A DNA stretch of 64,000 bases from Octopus vulgaris (Eukaryota): positions 3,782,001 through 3,846,000 of the forward strand of contig CATOCA020000001.1 in assembly GCA_951406725.2 (NCBI GenBank), read 5' to 3'. This document shows positions 39,886 to 55,142 of this stretch, piece by piece. How positions within the stretch are numbered: the first letter of the stretch is position 1; each line of letters opens with the position of its first letter. Made by a program: the position numbers and the translations under genes. The notes beneath the pieces are model-generated. The model had not been told where the DNA came from, searched no databases, and worked only from the letters and a program-made list of their open reading frames with translations.

Positions 39886-42800
39886 ATTATTATTATTATT
39901 ATTATTATTATAATTATTATTTACTAGTGTTGTTACTATTATTATCATTATTATTATTATTATTATTTGCCAATAGCGCCGCCATATGGGAGAAGATACA
40001 GTAGAAAATGCGGTGTGAGCTGGCAGAATCTTCAGTACGTAGGGCGAAATGCTTAGCGGTATTTCTTCTGCCGTCACGTTCTGAGTTCAAATTCATCCGA
40101 GGTCGACATTTCCTTTCATCCTTTCGGGGTCGATTAAAGAAGTACCAGCTACGCACTGTGGTCGATATAATTGACTTAATCCGTTTGTCTGTCCTTGTTT
40201 GTCTTTTCTGTGTTTAGCCTCTTGTGGGTAGTAAAGAAACAGGACACAGTAGACATGGACAGTGGGGATTTAACGCAGAGACAACGAGTACACAGTTAAA
40301 AGATTAACAATGATATCCGACAAAAGAATATAACAATGAAAGTTCGTAATAGGTGCAGGTAATCCCCTGGAGTTGGCTCAGGTATCCCCACCCCAATCCT
40401 GAACCACTCGACGCTTCGAGGGCATCTGGTAAGAGCACTCTCCTCCCTCTCAAATTCACTAGCCCAAAGGCGTGTTATTAGAGTAGGTCCACTCACACGT
40501 ACCATTTTCTCTGTTCATCCACCTTTTGGCAAATGTTCTGGGAGGCAGCACTTCACTCTGCACCCTCATCTTCCTTTCCAAAGGAAATTTGAAAAAGTTG
40601 ACGAGTGATTGGCCGTAGAGAAAAGTCTCTGCCTTTAGTCCGTTTAACCTGGTCCACAATACAGCCTCTTTCGCTACTGCTATTAGACTGATGGAAAGCG
40701 GCTGATCGATCTTCACTACGGACTCGGCCGATAGATAGAACCACCCTACACGTGATAACAGCTGTTCAACATATCTCCACATGTCAGTAATGCAAGGACA
40801 CTGGACGAGTGCGTGCAGAACGCTTTCATCGCTCTGCGCACCTCTCGGGTATTTCGGTCAGACAGCAATTCCGTGCTTGTAGAGTTTATCTCGATCCGGC
40901 AGTGCCCCCCGATAGCACTGCAAAGCAAGGGACTTCTAGAAGTTATCCATCGTCCCCGTCTTGAAAGTCCTCCTCAAAAGACTGGTTAGTTCAATTTTGT
41001 CAACACCTAGCGTCTCTCCAAGTGCTTCATCGCACTTTCCCTCCACTAACCCTCCATAGAACTTCAGAGTGGATTTTCCACTGATAGCATTGCCCACCTG
41101 GTAGAGGACAGTGAGTGCCTAGCAACATTCCAGATGCCAGTAACCCTTCCTCGGTCTCTTCTTGACCCACGACTGCAGCTTACTCAAGGAGATGAGATGT
41201 GGAAAAGCCTGTTTGACAAACGATGACCACACCTGTTCACCATTTACGCAGAATGTTTGGAGATGCCGCAGCCCCAGTGCATGTCTTCCACAGCATGCCC
41301 AGTGTTCCGGAAATCGGAAAGCGAAAGCACAAAAACGAAAATGGGAAAAGGGAAAAGTAAAAACAGCATTTAAGTGTTCTCCTTGTTAGACATTGAATTA
41401 TAAGGCTAAAAAGATATCAAAAATTTAATCAAGAATAGACGGAATTTTTCAGTTCTTCAAAATATATTTATACTTGACCACGACTGAAAATGCCCGACCT
41501 AGAGTCAAATAGAGAATTAAGCATCTTAGATCTGAACAGGATATGCACTCTTTCAGCTAAACAAAGCTTATATTTATTCGAGCCATTAACATAAGTTATG
41601 GATTCTCAATTACTTCCCATCCAGTCACATGTGGTGTTTCGTTTTCTTCCAAACTTAGCCAGTTTCGTAGCTTTACTTTTGGCCTATGTCGGAAGGGGAT
41701 TATGTGATTGGCATAACGACTTTAAAATTCACCTTAAATAAGCAAAAGAATAAGAGAATAAAAGATTATGTGTGTGTGTGTGTACATGCATACAAATATA
41801 CACACGCATACACACGGATATGTACATAAGCGCGCGCACACACACATATAGGCGTATGCATTTATTGTTTCGGTAAGTTGTGTCCACGAGAAAGACACTT
41901 CCAGTGCTCTCATCTGAAAAGTACCAGCATTAACCAGGGGTTAACATTGCGACAGACTGGTATCCGGTGTGTTGTATCCTTGTGTGTTGAAATACGTTCG
42001 ATACCGAGATATACTGGGGGCCTAATGAGCCTGTAGATCAGGCAGAGAATTTAGCTTAGAAAATGCTTTAATGTAGACATTCAGGCATGCGCAGTCAAGT
42101 GTTTGTGTAACGTTTATGGAGTGAAAGTCGATATGAATATGACAAAAAAAGAAACACCGTATTTTCCGGTGTATAAGCCGCTATTTTTTACCTGGGAAAT
42201 TTAGTGTGCCGCTTAGAGAATGGTGCGCCTAATGTGTGTAACTTTTTTTTATAGTTCCAGGAGGAAAATAATTTGTGTATGGAGATCGAATGATTCCACT
42301 GATTTTTTTGGAGGAAAGGTCGGTCGATGAAAGACTATTGCTACAGGACATTTGTGCCTGGAAGAAAACAAAGCACATTTGTTTTGTTTTAACTTCAAGT
42401 TTTGATAATGTTTTTTTTTATCCAATAAAGAATTTAATTTTGACGGAATGTGTTTGTTGCTGATTATAGTAAGATAAAATTTTTAAAAAATCAACAATAC
42501 ATCTCAAAGTTGAAGAATAAAACATTTTGAAAATACATACACATCAACAACAACAAAGCTAGCAGCGGTCACGTGGTTCCATAAGTCTTTATAAAACACC
42601 GGTAGGCTTTATGTGTGGATAAAAACCAAAATTTTCCCCAAAACCCAAGCTAAACTTCACAATACAATAATACAAACATTAATAAGCCACCTCAATTGTA
42701 TAATACTAATCTTAAGCCAACATTCTACAACCCTGTCTACGAGACGACAAATATTAGTTCCATTACAACCTCTCAATCCGATACTAATATAAATCCCAAT

Positions 42801-43396
42801 TTAGATTCTCCCCACTAACAACAAACCAACCAACATCAACATTACTAATAGTAAACCCCAACCACTTGCAACTGTCGCGCATCTGAAATATACGGTATGC
42901 AGACACCTGTCTCCTCAAAAGTGTATTGTATAAGTTTCACGTGATGACCGCATGCACCCACCAGGCAAGGATGTATATTTGGGGCACTGAGGATTTGGAA
43001 TGGCGTTGTCGTGCTCATATGAATTCTTTCACTAATCCCAAATCTAAACTATTTCAATCTTTAGCGACACACATATACAACCTCAATTCAAAACAATGTC
43101 CAATACGCTCTATCGTGGTCCAAATTATGTGAAGCTCCCCTCTACAACACAAATATAGGTAAATGTATGTTATGTATAAAAGGGTTATTAACTATTCTTC
43201 GCCTCCACAACTCCTCACTGTTAAATTCTCTGACGTTATTTTTTATCGTAAGCATAAATACTGCCCGACATTCATGCACTTCCCTAATTCCAAATAAATA
43301 AAGCTGTAAAGTAAAACAAGTGTCAACCTGACAATCGACAAGTGGACACATTCCAAATAGCAAATATGTGTGTGTGTGTCTATGTATACATATATG

Positions 43397-43500
<104 letters not shown>

Positions 43501-44235
43501 CATATGCAATACATATGAAATATCCAAAATTGCATTTACAAATACATAATATATACATACAAGCTCTTACATACATACATGCAAACACACACACATATAC
43601 GCACAATATATATACATATAAACTCCTACATTAATACACAGTATTAAAAACATTAAGTAGTCAGCATATATATATAGATACCTACAGAAATATAAATATA
43701 TATAACACGCATCCCAAATTTATTCCAAGTATTATGATCAATCGATTTTTAATCCTCCTCTCAGCCTCCTAAATCTCTCCAACACACATCACAAATTTCT
43801 TCAAATTTTTGCTTTTCAACCGTCTCTACTCTCATTTGACCCTTCTCGGCTTCAAACAATAATTAACAAAAGTCAAATACTAAGAAAAATACCGACCCGA
43901 TTTTTTGTACTACTAACATTCTTAACCACTCCCTCGTACCTGAAAAGTGTCCTTAAAAAATACCCCACGTAATTTGAGATGGAATTGCTGTTTCATTATT
44001 GTACCAGCTAGAAGGGGATACTCCTTCAACATTCAGATGAATTACTTATTTATTCACATCGTTTAAAATTAAACATACGTTATCTTCTAGCTTTGAGATT
44101 TTGATTATGTGATTGCTTACTTTTAGAATAACTTTGCATGGTGGTTGTGAAAGGGCTGATCTGTTCAGTTTCAACAGAAAACAGGAAGAATATTTGGGCC
44201 CGACGTGGCCAGTGCCAATGCTAATGGGTTAACTG

Positions 44236-44334
44236 AAAATTATGCCGTCTTCGAAACATGTGTCGAGAGTAAAAACCTCGTTCGACTCCATTCTTTCATT
44301 TATTCATATAAATAACACAAATTTGCAGACAAGA
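44236..44334 (+). repeat. 99-bp inverted copy of 45133-45231 (hammerhead 3' half)
   Basis: Same insertion as 22908-23006. Confidence 0.95.
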
Positions 44335-44502
44335 CTTAACTGGGTTAGTAAAAATAAAAGCATAATAAAACATTTTAGGTAATTTGGGGACACAAATTTA
44401 TGAGTTCTTAAGGGTGGAGAACCTTTTTATCCCATCCTTAATGCCGTTGAGGAGACTGGACAATGGCCAATAGAAGGCCGATATAATATAATGAAAATCG
44501 TA

Positions 44503-44620
44503 ACTTACCAATAAAGTGCTGTTAGTCTCTGTTCGTAAGAGGTAGTGAATGTTTATATATATCTATATATATATATATGTGCGCATATATATATATTGCG
44601 TCATTTGTTTATTTACCATA
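44503..44620 (-). promoter_or_regulatory. Candidate promoter/exon-1 cassette, copy 4 (exon ~44509-44551)
   Basis: Exon and donor identical to copy 1. Confidence 0.45.
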
Positions 44621-44651
44621 ATTTTTTCATTGAAGTAGCACACAATTATGC

Positions 44652-44691
<40 letters not shown>

Positions 44692-44955
44692 AAATATAGA
44701 TTGGCGTCTTTATTTCTCATTATATGAATCCGATATTAAAAGTTTGCGTCAGCAGACAAAGTTGGGCGTTGATAGTGGAAGAGTGTAGATGAGAGAGGGG
44801 AAAGAAAGTGAGAGAAAGAGAGAGAGAGGGAGGGAGAAAGAAGAAGAAGCGGGTTTTGTGTGTGTGTGTGTGTGTGTATATATGTATATATATATATATA
44901 TAAACACGCACACGCAGTTATCAGAATTATATAAACGTATATATTCATGTATTTG

Positions 44956-45021
<66 letters not shown>

Positions 45022-45197
45022 TAGGTGAATGAATTATCCTAGCATGGAAAATTCGTTTAACCGATACCTGGGTAGCCAATTCACGTCGGAAATCACAGTT
45101 GAAGTGACCTGTCAAGGGTAGAAACTCCGGGTTCTTGTGTGCAAATTTGTGTTATTTATATGAATAAATGAAAGAATGGAGTCGAACGAGGTTTTTA

Positions 45198-45280
45198 CTC
45201 TCGACACATGTTTCGAAGACGGCATAATTTTAATTCCGAAGGAATAAATGGTGCATTATGTCATCTTCTCATCAGGAAAG
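45198..45280 (-). ncRNA. Type I minimal hammerhead ribozyme, copy 2
   Basis: Same sequence as 23875-23957. Confidence 0.85.
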
Positions 45281-45645
45281 ATTAAGAGCCTCTTTCAGCC
45301 ACAAGACGAACAAAACTTTTGATGATTGCCTACATGGTGACCACAGTGACAATGAGTGTTTTTTTTAAATAATCCGTTATAAGCAATGACTTAAAAAATG
45401 GGTAGAAGGAGGGAGTAGTAAAAATAGGTAGGGGACAATATGTATGCTGTATGTATGATGATGTGCGGGTGTGTGCTTGTGTTAATGATTGCGAGTGATT
45501 GTTTATGTGTATGAGTGTGTATATAACTGCATTTGTGTCTGTGTGTGTATGTGTTATTGTGTGTGTGAGGTAGACAAACGTCAAATACACTTAGTAGTAA
45601 GGTGTGAAATTTGTGTCTGTGTGTTTGATCGTGCGTGTTATAGAG

Positions 45646-45714
<69 letters not shown>

Positions 45715-46360
45715 CGTCAAAGAAATTTAGTAGCTATGGAACATAAAATCGTTTAAAAGCGACATTAACCGGAAATGATTAAAATATTGTTATACGATCA
45801 GATGATAGATTTTTCATCTGTTAGAATCATCTCACTTTTGCTCGATAAGTATTGATCATCGATCTCTTCCCAAATACGATGTCAAAAGCCAACATTAAAA
45901 TGAAGTACATTTCTAATTTCATTGTTAGACCCTCCAGTGTTCACATTGTCATCCACCATACTCTTCCTGAAGAATCTCTGAAGCTTAAGCTGGATGTGCT
46001 AGAAATAGCAGCCAAATATTTCCTCTGAGCAGACGATAGATTCATTTAACGATCGGGTCACTTCAGAAAATCAAGTTATCAATAACGATAATAATTTAAA
46101 TGGTATATATAATGATTGACATGGAAGCAAACGATACAAATTCATTTAACAATAGTTCGTTTCTGAAAATTACGTTTGTGAAATAAAGTATATGATAGAG
46201 AAATTATAACAATTCTGAAGAGGAATTAAAGGTTTTAGCAGCTTTAAAGTTATGGGAAAGGAATTTTCGTTATCAAAGTAGCAATATTTTATACGAAAGA
46301 AGGATGACAGGCGAGGATTTTGTGGTGTGAAGGGTCTTCAATTGTATATGTCCTGGTCTG

Positions 46361-46398
<38 letters not shown>

Positions 46399-47470
46399 TG
46401 CCTGTGTGTGTGTTATGCACTGAGATATATAAAGATTATAATAATGGACACAATTATATTCCAAACTTCTATAGGCGCGGCAGTGGCTGTGTGGTAAGTA
46501 GCTTGCTTACCAACCACATTGTTCCGGGTTCAATCCCACTGCGTGGCACTTTGGGCGAGCGTCTTCTACTATAGCCTCGGGCCGACTAAAGCCTTGTGAG
46601 TGGATTTAGTAGACGGAAACTGAAAGAAGCCCGTTGTATATATGCAGATACATATATTTCTATGTGTGTGTTTGTGTGTCAGTGTTTGTCCCACCCCCCA
46701 ACATCGCTTGACAACCGATGCTGGTGTGTTAATGTCCCTGTAAGTTAGCGGTTCCGCAAAAGAGACGATAGAAGAAGTACTAGGCTTACATGAATAAGTC
46801 CTTGGGTCGATTTACTCGACAAAAGGCGTTGCTCCAGCACGGCCACATTCAAATCACTGAAACAAGTAAAAGAGTAAAAAAGAGAGAGAGAGAGCTCATC
46901 TGTACCCAAACCTTCAATAGTTTGATGTCCTATTTTCATAGGAGTGAGGGGAAGAGGGAGAGGAAAACATGCAGGGGCCTCTAAACTGTTTAACGTATTT
47001 GTACCTGAGAAAGTCTCCAGTATTCTTGATGCCTTCTGCATAAAGTGAAAGATAAAAAAGGAAATTGGAAAAAAAACTAATTGTCTTCCAGTATCTGTGT
47101 GTGTGTCTGTGTGACGTGTGTGTGTGTGTCTGTGTGTGTTTGTGTGTGATGCAATGTGATATAAATAACCATGCCTATAAGTTTCTTTAATATAAAACTG
47201 AAGTGAATATTAATGATAATATTAAATGATAATATTAAATGACATAATTTCATTGTGAAGGAGGTTTAATCTTTAATGTTTTCAGTCTCGTCAAGTTGGC
47301 AGAATTTCAAGTATGTCAGGCGAAATGCTAAGCGATATCTATTCTGCCGTTAAGAGGCCCATCAAAGCTGTAATGTAAAACAAAAGTCAACCTGACATTC
47401 GACAAGTGAACACATTCCAAATAACTTATATATGTGTGTGTGTGTATGTGTGTCTATGAATGCATATATG

Positions 47471-47526
<56 letters not shown>

Positions 47527-47734
47527 CATATGCAATAAATCTGAAATATCCAAACTTGCATCTACAAATACATAATATATACATACAAGCTCTTACATAC
47601 ATACATGCAAACACACACACATACACGCACATATATAAACATATAAACTCCTACATTAATATATATGTTGCGTTATTTGTTTATTTACCTTTCATTATTT
47701 TATTTGAAGTATATGAACACACCGCACACAATTA

Positions 47735-47778
<44 letters not shown>

Positions 47779-48104
47779 TATTTGTGTGTGCGTGTGTGTG
47801 TGTAGATATAGATTGACGTCTTTATTTCTCATTATATGAATGCAATATGAAAAGTTTGCGTCAGCAGTCAAAGATGAGTGTTGATAGTGGAAGAGTGTAA
47901 ATGAGAGAGGGGAAAGAAAGTGATAGAGAGAGAGAGAGAGAGGGAGGGAGAAAGAAGAAAAAGATGGTTTTGTGTGTGTGTGTGTGTGTGTGTATATGCG
48001 TAACTGTATGAGACTGTTTGCATCAGCGGAACTGAAATTAACTTGATATAATCTAAGTACTATTTTACAAATTGTGATATATCTGTGTATGTGTATATAT
48101 GTAT

Positions 48105-48209
<105 letters not shown>

Positions 48210-48334
48210 TATACACACACAGTTATCAGAATTATATATACGTATGTATTCATGTATATGTATATATCTATATATACATATATATATATATATTTATTTA
48301 TTTTATACATTCATGCACATTTGTGTGTGTGTGT

Positions 48335-48372
<38 letters not shown>

Positions 48373-49387
48373 CGAATCACTGAAATCTGAAATATTATGA
48401 GAAGAAATTTACCAAAAACTTTCAACCATGATAAAACATTATTGCCTTGCTGATGCCTTCCATGAAATGGCACAAAAGACGCAAATCTACATAGAAACAC
48501 TTTATTCCCTTCTTACATACCAACACCAAAATGAGAACCAAAGCAGAACTCCAGAAACGGATATCCACAACCTAAATTCAACCACACAAGACGTACTAAA
48601 AGAATTGAATGAACTCAGCTTGGAAAAAGGAGACATACAAAAAGAGAAATCAAATGAAAAACATTCGGGTTAAGATATTAAATAAAAGAAACCAAGCTTA
48701 TTGCAGAGCCCTAAACAATGAAAACCTAGCCAACACTTATGAACAGTGGAGGGGCAGAGAAGAAGTAATACTCTCAAGAAACTTACGTATCAAAGAAATA
48801 ACGTCAGAAGCAAAGGAAGAAACAAAAAATATTTGAGAAAAATCGTTTAAAAGCGACATTAACCGGAAATGATCAAAATATTGTTATTCGATCAGACGAC
48901 AGATATTTCATGCTTTAGAATCAATCTCACTTTTGCTCGATAACTATTGATCATCGATCTCTTCCAAAATACAATGTCTAAAGCCAACATTATAATGAAG
49001 TACATTTCTAAATTCTTTGTTAGACCCTCCAGTGTTCACATTGTCATCCACCACTCTCTTCGTGAAGAATCTCTGAAGTTTAAGCTGGATGTGCTAGAAA
49101 TAGCAGCCAAATCAATAACGATAATAATTTACATGGTATATATAATTATTGACATGGAAGCAAACGACACATATTCATTTAACAATAGTTCGTATCAGAA
49201 AATTACGTTTGTGAAATAAAGTATATGATAGAGAAATTATAACAATTCTGAAGAGGATTAAAGGTTTTAGCAGCTTTAAAGTTATGGGAAAAGAATTTTC
49301 TTTTATCAAAGTAGCAATATTTTATACGAATGAAGGATGACAGGCGAGGATTTTGTGGTGTGAAGGGTCTTCAATTGTATATGTCCT

Positions 49388-49458
<71 letters not shown>

Positions 49459-49771
49459 CCCTGCACTGAGATATATAACTCTGCCCAAGTATTGCTTTGA
49501 TATAACGATTATAATAATTGACACATAATTATATTCCAAACTTCAACAGCTCATCTGTACCCAAACATTCAATAGTTTGATGTCCTATTTTTATAGGAGT
49601 GAGGGGAAGAGGGAGAGGAAGACATGCAGGGGTCTCTAAACTGTTTAATGTATTTGTATCTCAGATAGTCTCCAGTATTCTGGATGCCTTCTGTAAAAAG
49701 TGAAAGGTAAAAATAAATTGAAAATATAAAGCTAATTATCTGCCGGTATCTGTGTGTGTGTATGTGTATGT

Positions 49772-49814
<43 letters not shown>

Positions 49815-51020
49815 TGTGTGATGCAATGAGATACATAACCATGCCAATAAGTTTCTTTAATATAAAACTGAAGTGAATATTAATGATAATATTAAATGAT
49901 AATATCAAATGACATAATTTCATTGTGAAAGAGGTTTAGTCTTTAATGTTTTCAGTCTGGTCCACCACACTACTTGTTTAGCCACCGGGCAGAAGAAACT
50001 GCTTTTCCTTCCCGGCCTAAAGAAGGTGGCGGGGCGATCTTTACAATGAACTCGGCTCGTAGACTGGATGGACGAGTGCATGCAGGACTATTTCATCGCC
50101 CTGCGACCACCCCCGACATATCCGTCCGACAACACTTTCGTATCTGTAGAGCTTGTCTTGAATCGGCAGAGCTCCACGGTAGCACTGCCAGGCCAGGGAT
50201 TTCTGGAAGTTAAGGACCAGTTAGTTGATTCCCTCCACCAACGTCCAGAATTTACCCCGATTTCGTCGTTGTTCTTTCCCCTCTACTAATCCCCTATAGA
50301 AATACAAGGTGGAACTATCAACGCCCGCGTTGCCCGACAGGCAGAAAGCTGTGAGAGCTTGCCGACACTCCAGGTGCCAAGCGCCCTTTCTTGGCCAACG
50401 CTTGACTCAGTACTGTAGCTTCTTCAGTGAGACGAGCCGCGGAATGTCCTGTTTGACAAACAGTCATTCCCCTATTCTCACCGCTAAAGAAACAAAGGAG
50501 CGTCCGCAGTCTCAGCGCATGTCTGCGAATCATTAGCAACGGCATGTCCAGTACTCCACTGAGAGGTTGTTGACAGAAGATGGACCGTCTGATGAGCGGA
50601 ACACGTCCCTTGTTTAGAAAGCGGAATAACAAACGCTCTAACTTTATCGGGCATGGGACTACAGTCAGGCAGTCATAGATGACGGAAGCGATGTACGCAT
50701 TCGCCACCTCGACTCGACCCTTCACGAACAGCTTCCTCTCTGCCAACTTCTGGGTGAGATCGACTATCCTGTTCGTCACCTTCCACCGTTGTTGTCCACC
50801 CCGAGGTCAAGAGCAAACCAGACCCCAAGCAGTTTAACCTGCCTTTCCGTCTAGCGCCCTACAAACTGTCGGTTGGTATGGGTCTGCCTCTCCAACTGCC
50901 GATTTGCAGGCCCACCGACTTCTCTTGGACGAGCTTTGCTCCTATCAACGCTTCGTGGACAGTATTATGATGACACAGTCCGTGTTAGCTGATACGAACA
51001 TTCCACATCCTAAGACACAC

Positions 51021-51052
<32 letters not shown>

Positions 51053-51059
51053 GAATATA

Positions 51060-51121
<62 letters not shown>

Positions 51122-51596
51122 GCGGTTCGGCAAAAAGGACCGATGGAATAAGTACTGGGCTTACAAATAATAAGTCCCGGGGTCGATTTGCTCGAGTCAA
51201 ATGACTGAAACAAGTAAAAGAGTTAAAGTGTTTATATATATATATATATATGGCATCTGTATTTCTAAATATATTATTTCGGTTTGAAAAGTTTCAGTCA
51301 GCAGATTATGATGATTGGCGGTGGAAGTGGAAGAGTTAAAATGAGAGAGTGGGGAGAGGGAGTGATAGAAGAGAGAGAGAGGGGAAAGAAGAAGAGGAGA
51401 GTTGATGTGTACGATTTTGAGTGTGTGTGTGTGTGTCTGTGTGTATGAAGCAATTAGATACACAACCCTGCCTAAGCTTTTCTTTAATATGAAACTGAAG
51501 GGAATATCACATTAAACATTGCATTAAATGACATAATTTTATTGTAAAGAAGTGAGTGAAAAGTTTAGCCGGAAAAAAAATTCCAATAATAATAAT

Positions 51597-51688
<92 letters not shown>

Positions 51689-51788
51689 GAATAATAATAA
51701 TAATAATAATAGTAATAATAATAATAATTATAATAATAATAATAATAGTAATAATAATAATAATACTATTAATAATAATAATAATAAT

Positions 51789-51821
<33 letters not shown>

Positions 51822-51852
51822 TATAATAATATTAATAATAATAATGATAATG

Positions 51853-51884
<32 letters not shown>

Positions 51885-51891
51885 AATAATA

Positions 51892-52960
51892 TCTACTTCA
51901 GAAGGAAGGAAAACCGATCCAGATAGCGGCAAAACACGAGCAAAACAAAAAACTGTTCTCAGTATTTAAGGAAGCTGACAAATTCAAACAGGAAATCATA
52001 CCACCTAATAAACATGTAGAAGAAGAAGATGAAGAAACAACAATAGCTATAAAACAAATGAAATCCAAACTAAAAATAGAACAGCAACGAACCATGATAA
52101 AACGATGGCAAGAAAAGCCCCTTCATGGTAAATACTGGACTAAACTAAACGCAAAAGAAATAGACAAAGAAAAATCCCAGCAATGGTTGAGAAGCTCAGG
52201 ACTCAAAGCAGAAACAGAGGGATTTTTAATTGCAGCACAAGACCAAAGCCTCCCCACTAGAAATTACCAAAACATATAATGAAAAGAAATATTACAAGTA
52301 ACTGCAGAATATGTGGAGATGGACAAGAAACAATAAATCATATTATCTCTAGCTGTCCAGTCCTGGCTAAGAAGGAATATATTCACAGACATGACAGAGT
52401 TGGAACCTACATACATTGGAAGCTATGCCAACATTATGGAATAACAACAGAAAAAAGATGGTATAGGCACACTCCAGAAAAGGTCACAGAAAACGAGAAA
52501 GCAACCATACTCTGGGATATACACAGATAGAGAAATTAAGGCCAACAGACCAGATATAGTTGTCAGAGATCATGAAGAATAAAATGCTTTCTGATTGATG
52601 TATCAATACCGGCAGATGACAACGTGTCTCTAAAAGAAATGGAGAAACTTTCAAAATACAAAGACCTGGAAATAGTGGTAACTAGAATGTGGAATCTGAA
52701 AACAGAAACAATTCCTATCATAGTAGGTGCATTAGGCATGATACAAAAATATTCAGACAAATACATAACAAAAACACCAGGACTTACAAACACATATAAC
52801 ATACAGAAAATTGCACTACTAGGCACTGACCACATCCTACGCAGAACACTTTCCATACAATAACCATCAGAGCATCACAACAAATCACAGCACATACCCA
52901 AGGCACACAGAGCTGCGCTCGGTAGTGAAGTGAAAGTACGATATAAAAATAAAACTACTG
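51892..52960 (+). mobile_element. R4/Dong-clade LINE fragment (left arm of palindrome 2)
   Basis: Paralog of 33381-34458 with additional frameshifts. Confidence 0.92.
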
Positions 52961-53008
<48 letters not shown>

Positions 53009-53088
53009 TATAATAATAATAAATATTATTATTATTATTATTATTATTACTATTATTATTAATATTAGTATTATTATCATTATCATCA

Positions 53089-53138
<50 letters not shown>

Positions 53139-53168
53139 TTTGTTATTATTAATATTATTATTATTATA

Positions 53169-55059
53169 CAGTAGTTTTATTTTTATAGCGTGCTTTCACT
53201 TCACTACCGAGCGCAGCTCTGTGTGCCTTGGGTATGTGCTGTGATTTGTTGTGATGCTCTGATGGTTATTGTATGGAAAGTGTTCTGCGTAGGATGTGGG
53301 CAGTGCCTAGTAGTGCAATTTTCTGTATGTTATATGTGTTTGTAAGTCCTGGTGTTTTTGTTATGTATTTGTCTGAATATTTTTGTATCATGCCTAATGC
53401 ACCTACTATGATAGGAATTGTTTCTGTTTTCAGATTCCACATTCTAGTTACCTCTATTTCCAGGTCTTTGTATTTTGAGAGTTTCTCCATTTCTTTTAGA
53501 GACACGTTGTCATCTGCCGGTATTGATACATCAATTAGAAAGCATTTTTTTCTTCATGATCTCTGACAACTATATCTAGTCTGTTGGCCTTAATTTCTCT
53601 ATCTGTGTGTATCGGCATATCCCAGAGTATTGTTGCTTTCTCGTTTTCTGTAACCTTTTCTGGTGTGTGCCTATACCATCTTTTTTCTGTTGTTATTCCA
53701 TAATGTTGGCATAGCTTCCAGTGTATGTAGGTTCCAACTCTGTCATGTCTGTGAATATATTCCTTCTTAGCCAGGACTGGAGAGCTAGAGATAATATGAT
53801 TTATTGTTTCTTGTCCATCTCCACATATTCTGCAGTTACTTGTAATATTTCTTTTCATTAAATGTTTTTGGTAATTTCTGGTGGGGAGGCTTTGGTCTTG
53901 TGCTGCAATTAAAAATCCCTCTGTTTCTGCTTTGAGTCCTGAGCTTCTCAACCATTGCTGGGATCTTTCTTTGTCTATTTCTTTTGCGTTTAGTTTAGTG
54001 CAGTATTTACCATGAAGGGGCTTTTCTTGCCATCGTTTTATCATGGTTCGTTGCTGTTCTATTTTTAGTTTGGATTTCATTTGTTTTATAGCTATTGTTG
54101 TTTCTTCATCTTCTTCTTCTACATGTTTATTAGGTGGTATGATTTCTTGTTTGTATTTGTCAGCTTCCTTAAATACTGAGAACAGTTTTTTGTTTTGCTC
54201 GTGTTTTGCTGCTATCTGGATCAGTTTTCCTTCCTTCTGAAGTAGGTATTTTTGCAGTCCTATGGTGGTTATTTTATAGTAGTTTTCCAGCTGTATAAGG
54301 CCTCTGCCACCTTCTATACGTTGTATATATAGTCTTTCTATGTCAGATTTTGGGTGATGCATCCTAGATCCTGTCAGTATTTTTCTTGTTTTCCTATCTA
54401 TTTTGGACAGTTCATTTCGTGTCCAGTTAAGGATATTGTAGCTGTAACTTATAACTGGGACAGCTAAAGTGTTGATACCTATTATCTTGTTTTTAGCATT
54501 GAGCTCTGTTTTTAGTATTGATCTAACTTGTCTATAATATTCTTTTTTTATTTTCTCTTTCATTTGTGTGTGTTGTGTCTTATCTAGTTCATGGATTCCT
54601 AAGTATTTGTAAGTTTGGTTTGGTCTAATTCTTTTATTTCATTGGTTTTATCTAGTGTGATGTTGTTACTCTTAACTAGTTTTCCTCTTTTCATGGTTAC
54701 TTTGGCGCATTTTTCTAATCCAAATTTCATATCTATTTCTTTGGTAAATCCATGAACTGTCTTTAATAGTGTTTCCAGCTGTTTGTCATTTGCAGCGTAT
54801 AGTTTTAGGTCATCCATATATAAAGGTGACTGATCGTTTTGCTGTAACATTTATATCCGCATCCAGTTCTATTTAGCATATCAGATAGAGGTGACAGTGC
54901 CAAGCAGAAAAGGGAGTGGAGAGAGCGTGTCTCCCTGGAATATTCCTCTTCTGATGGGGATGTCTTTGGTTTTCATGAGTCCCTCTTTTGTTTGGAGATG
55001 TAGGACTGTTTGCCATTTATTCATAGAGTGCTCTATGAATTTTATGATTGTTGGTGCTA
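53169..55059 (-). mobile_element. R4/Dong-clade LINE (right arm of palindrome 2)
   Basis: Paralog of 34653-36552. Confidence 0.92.
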
Positions 55060-55060
55060 C

Positions 55061-55142
<82 letters not shown>
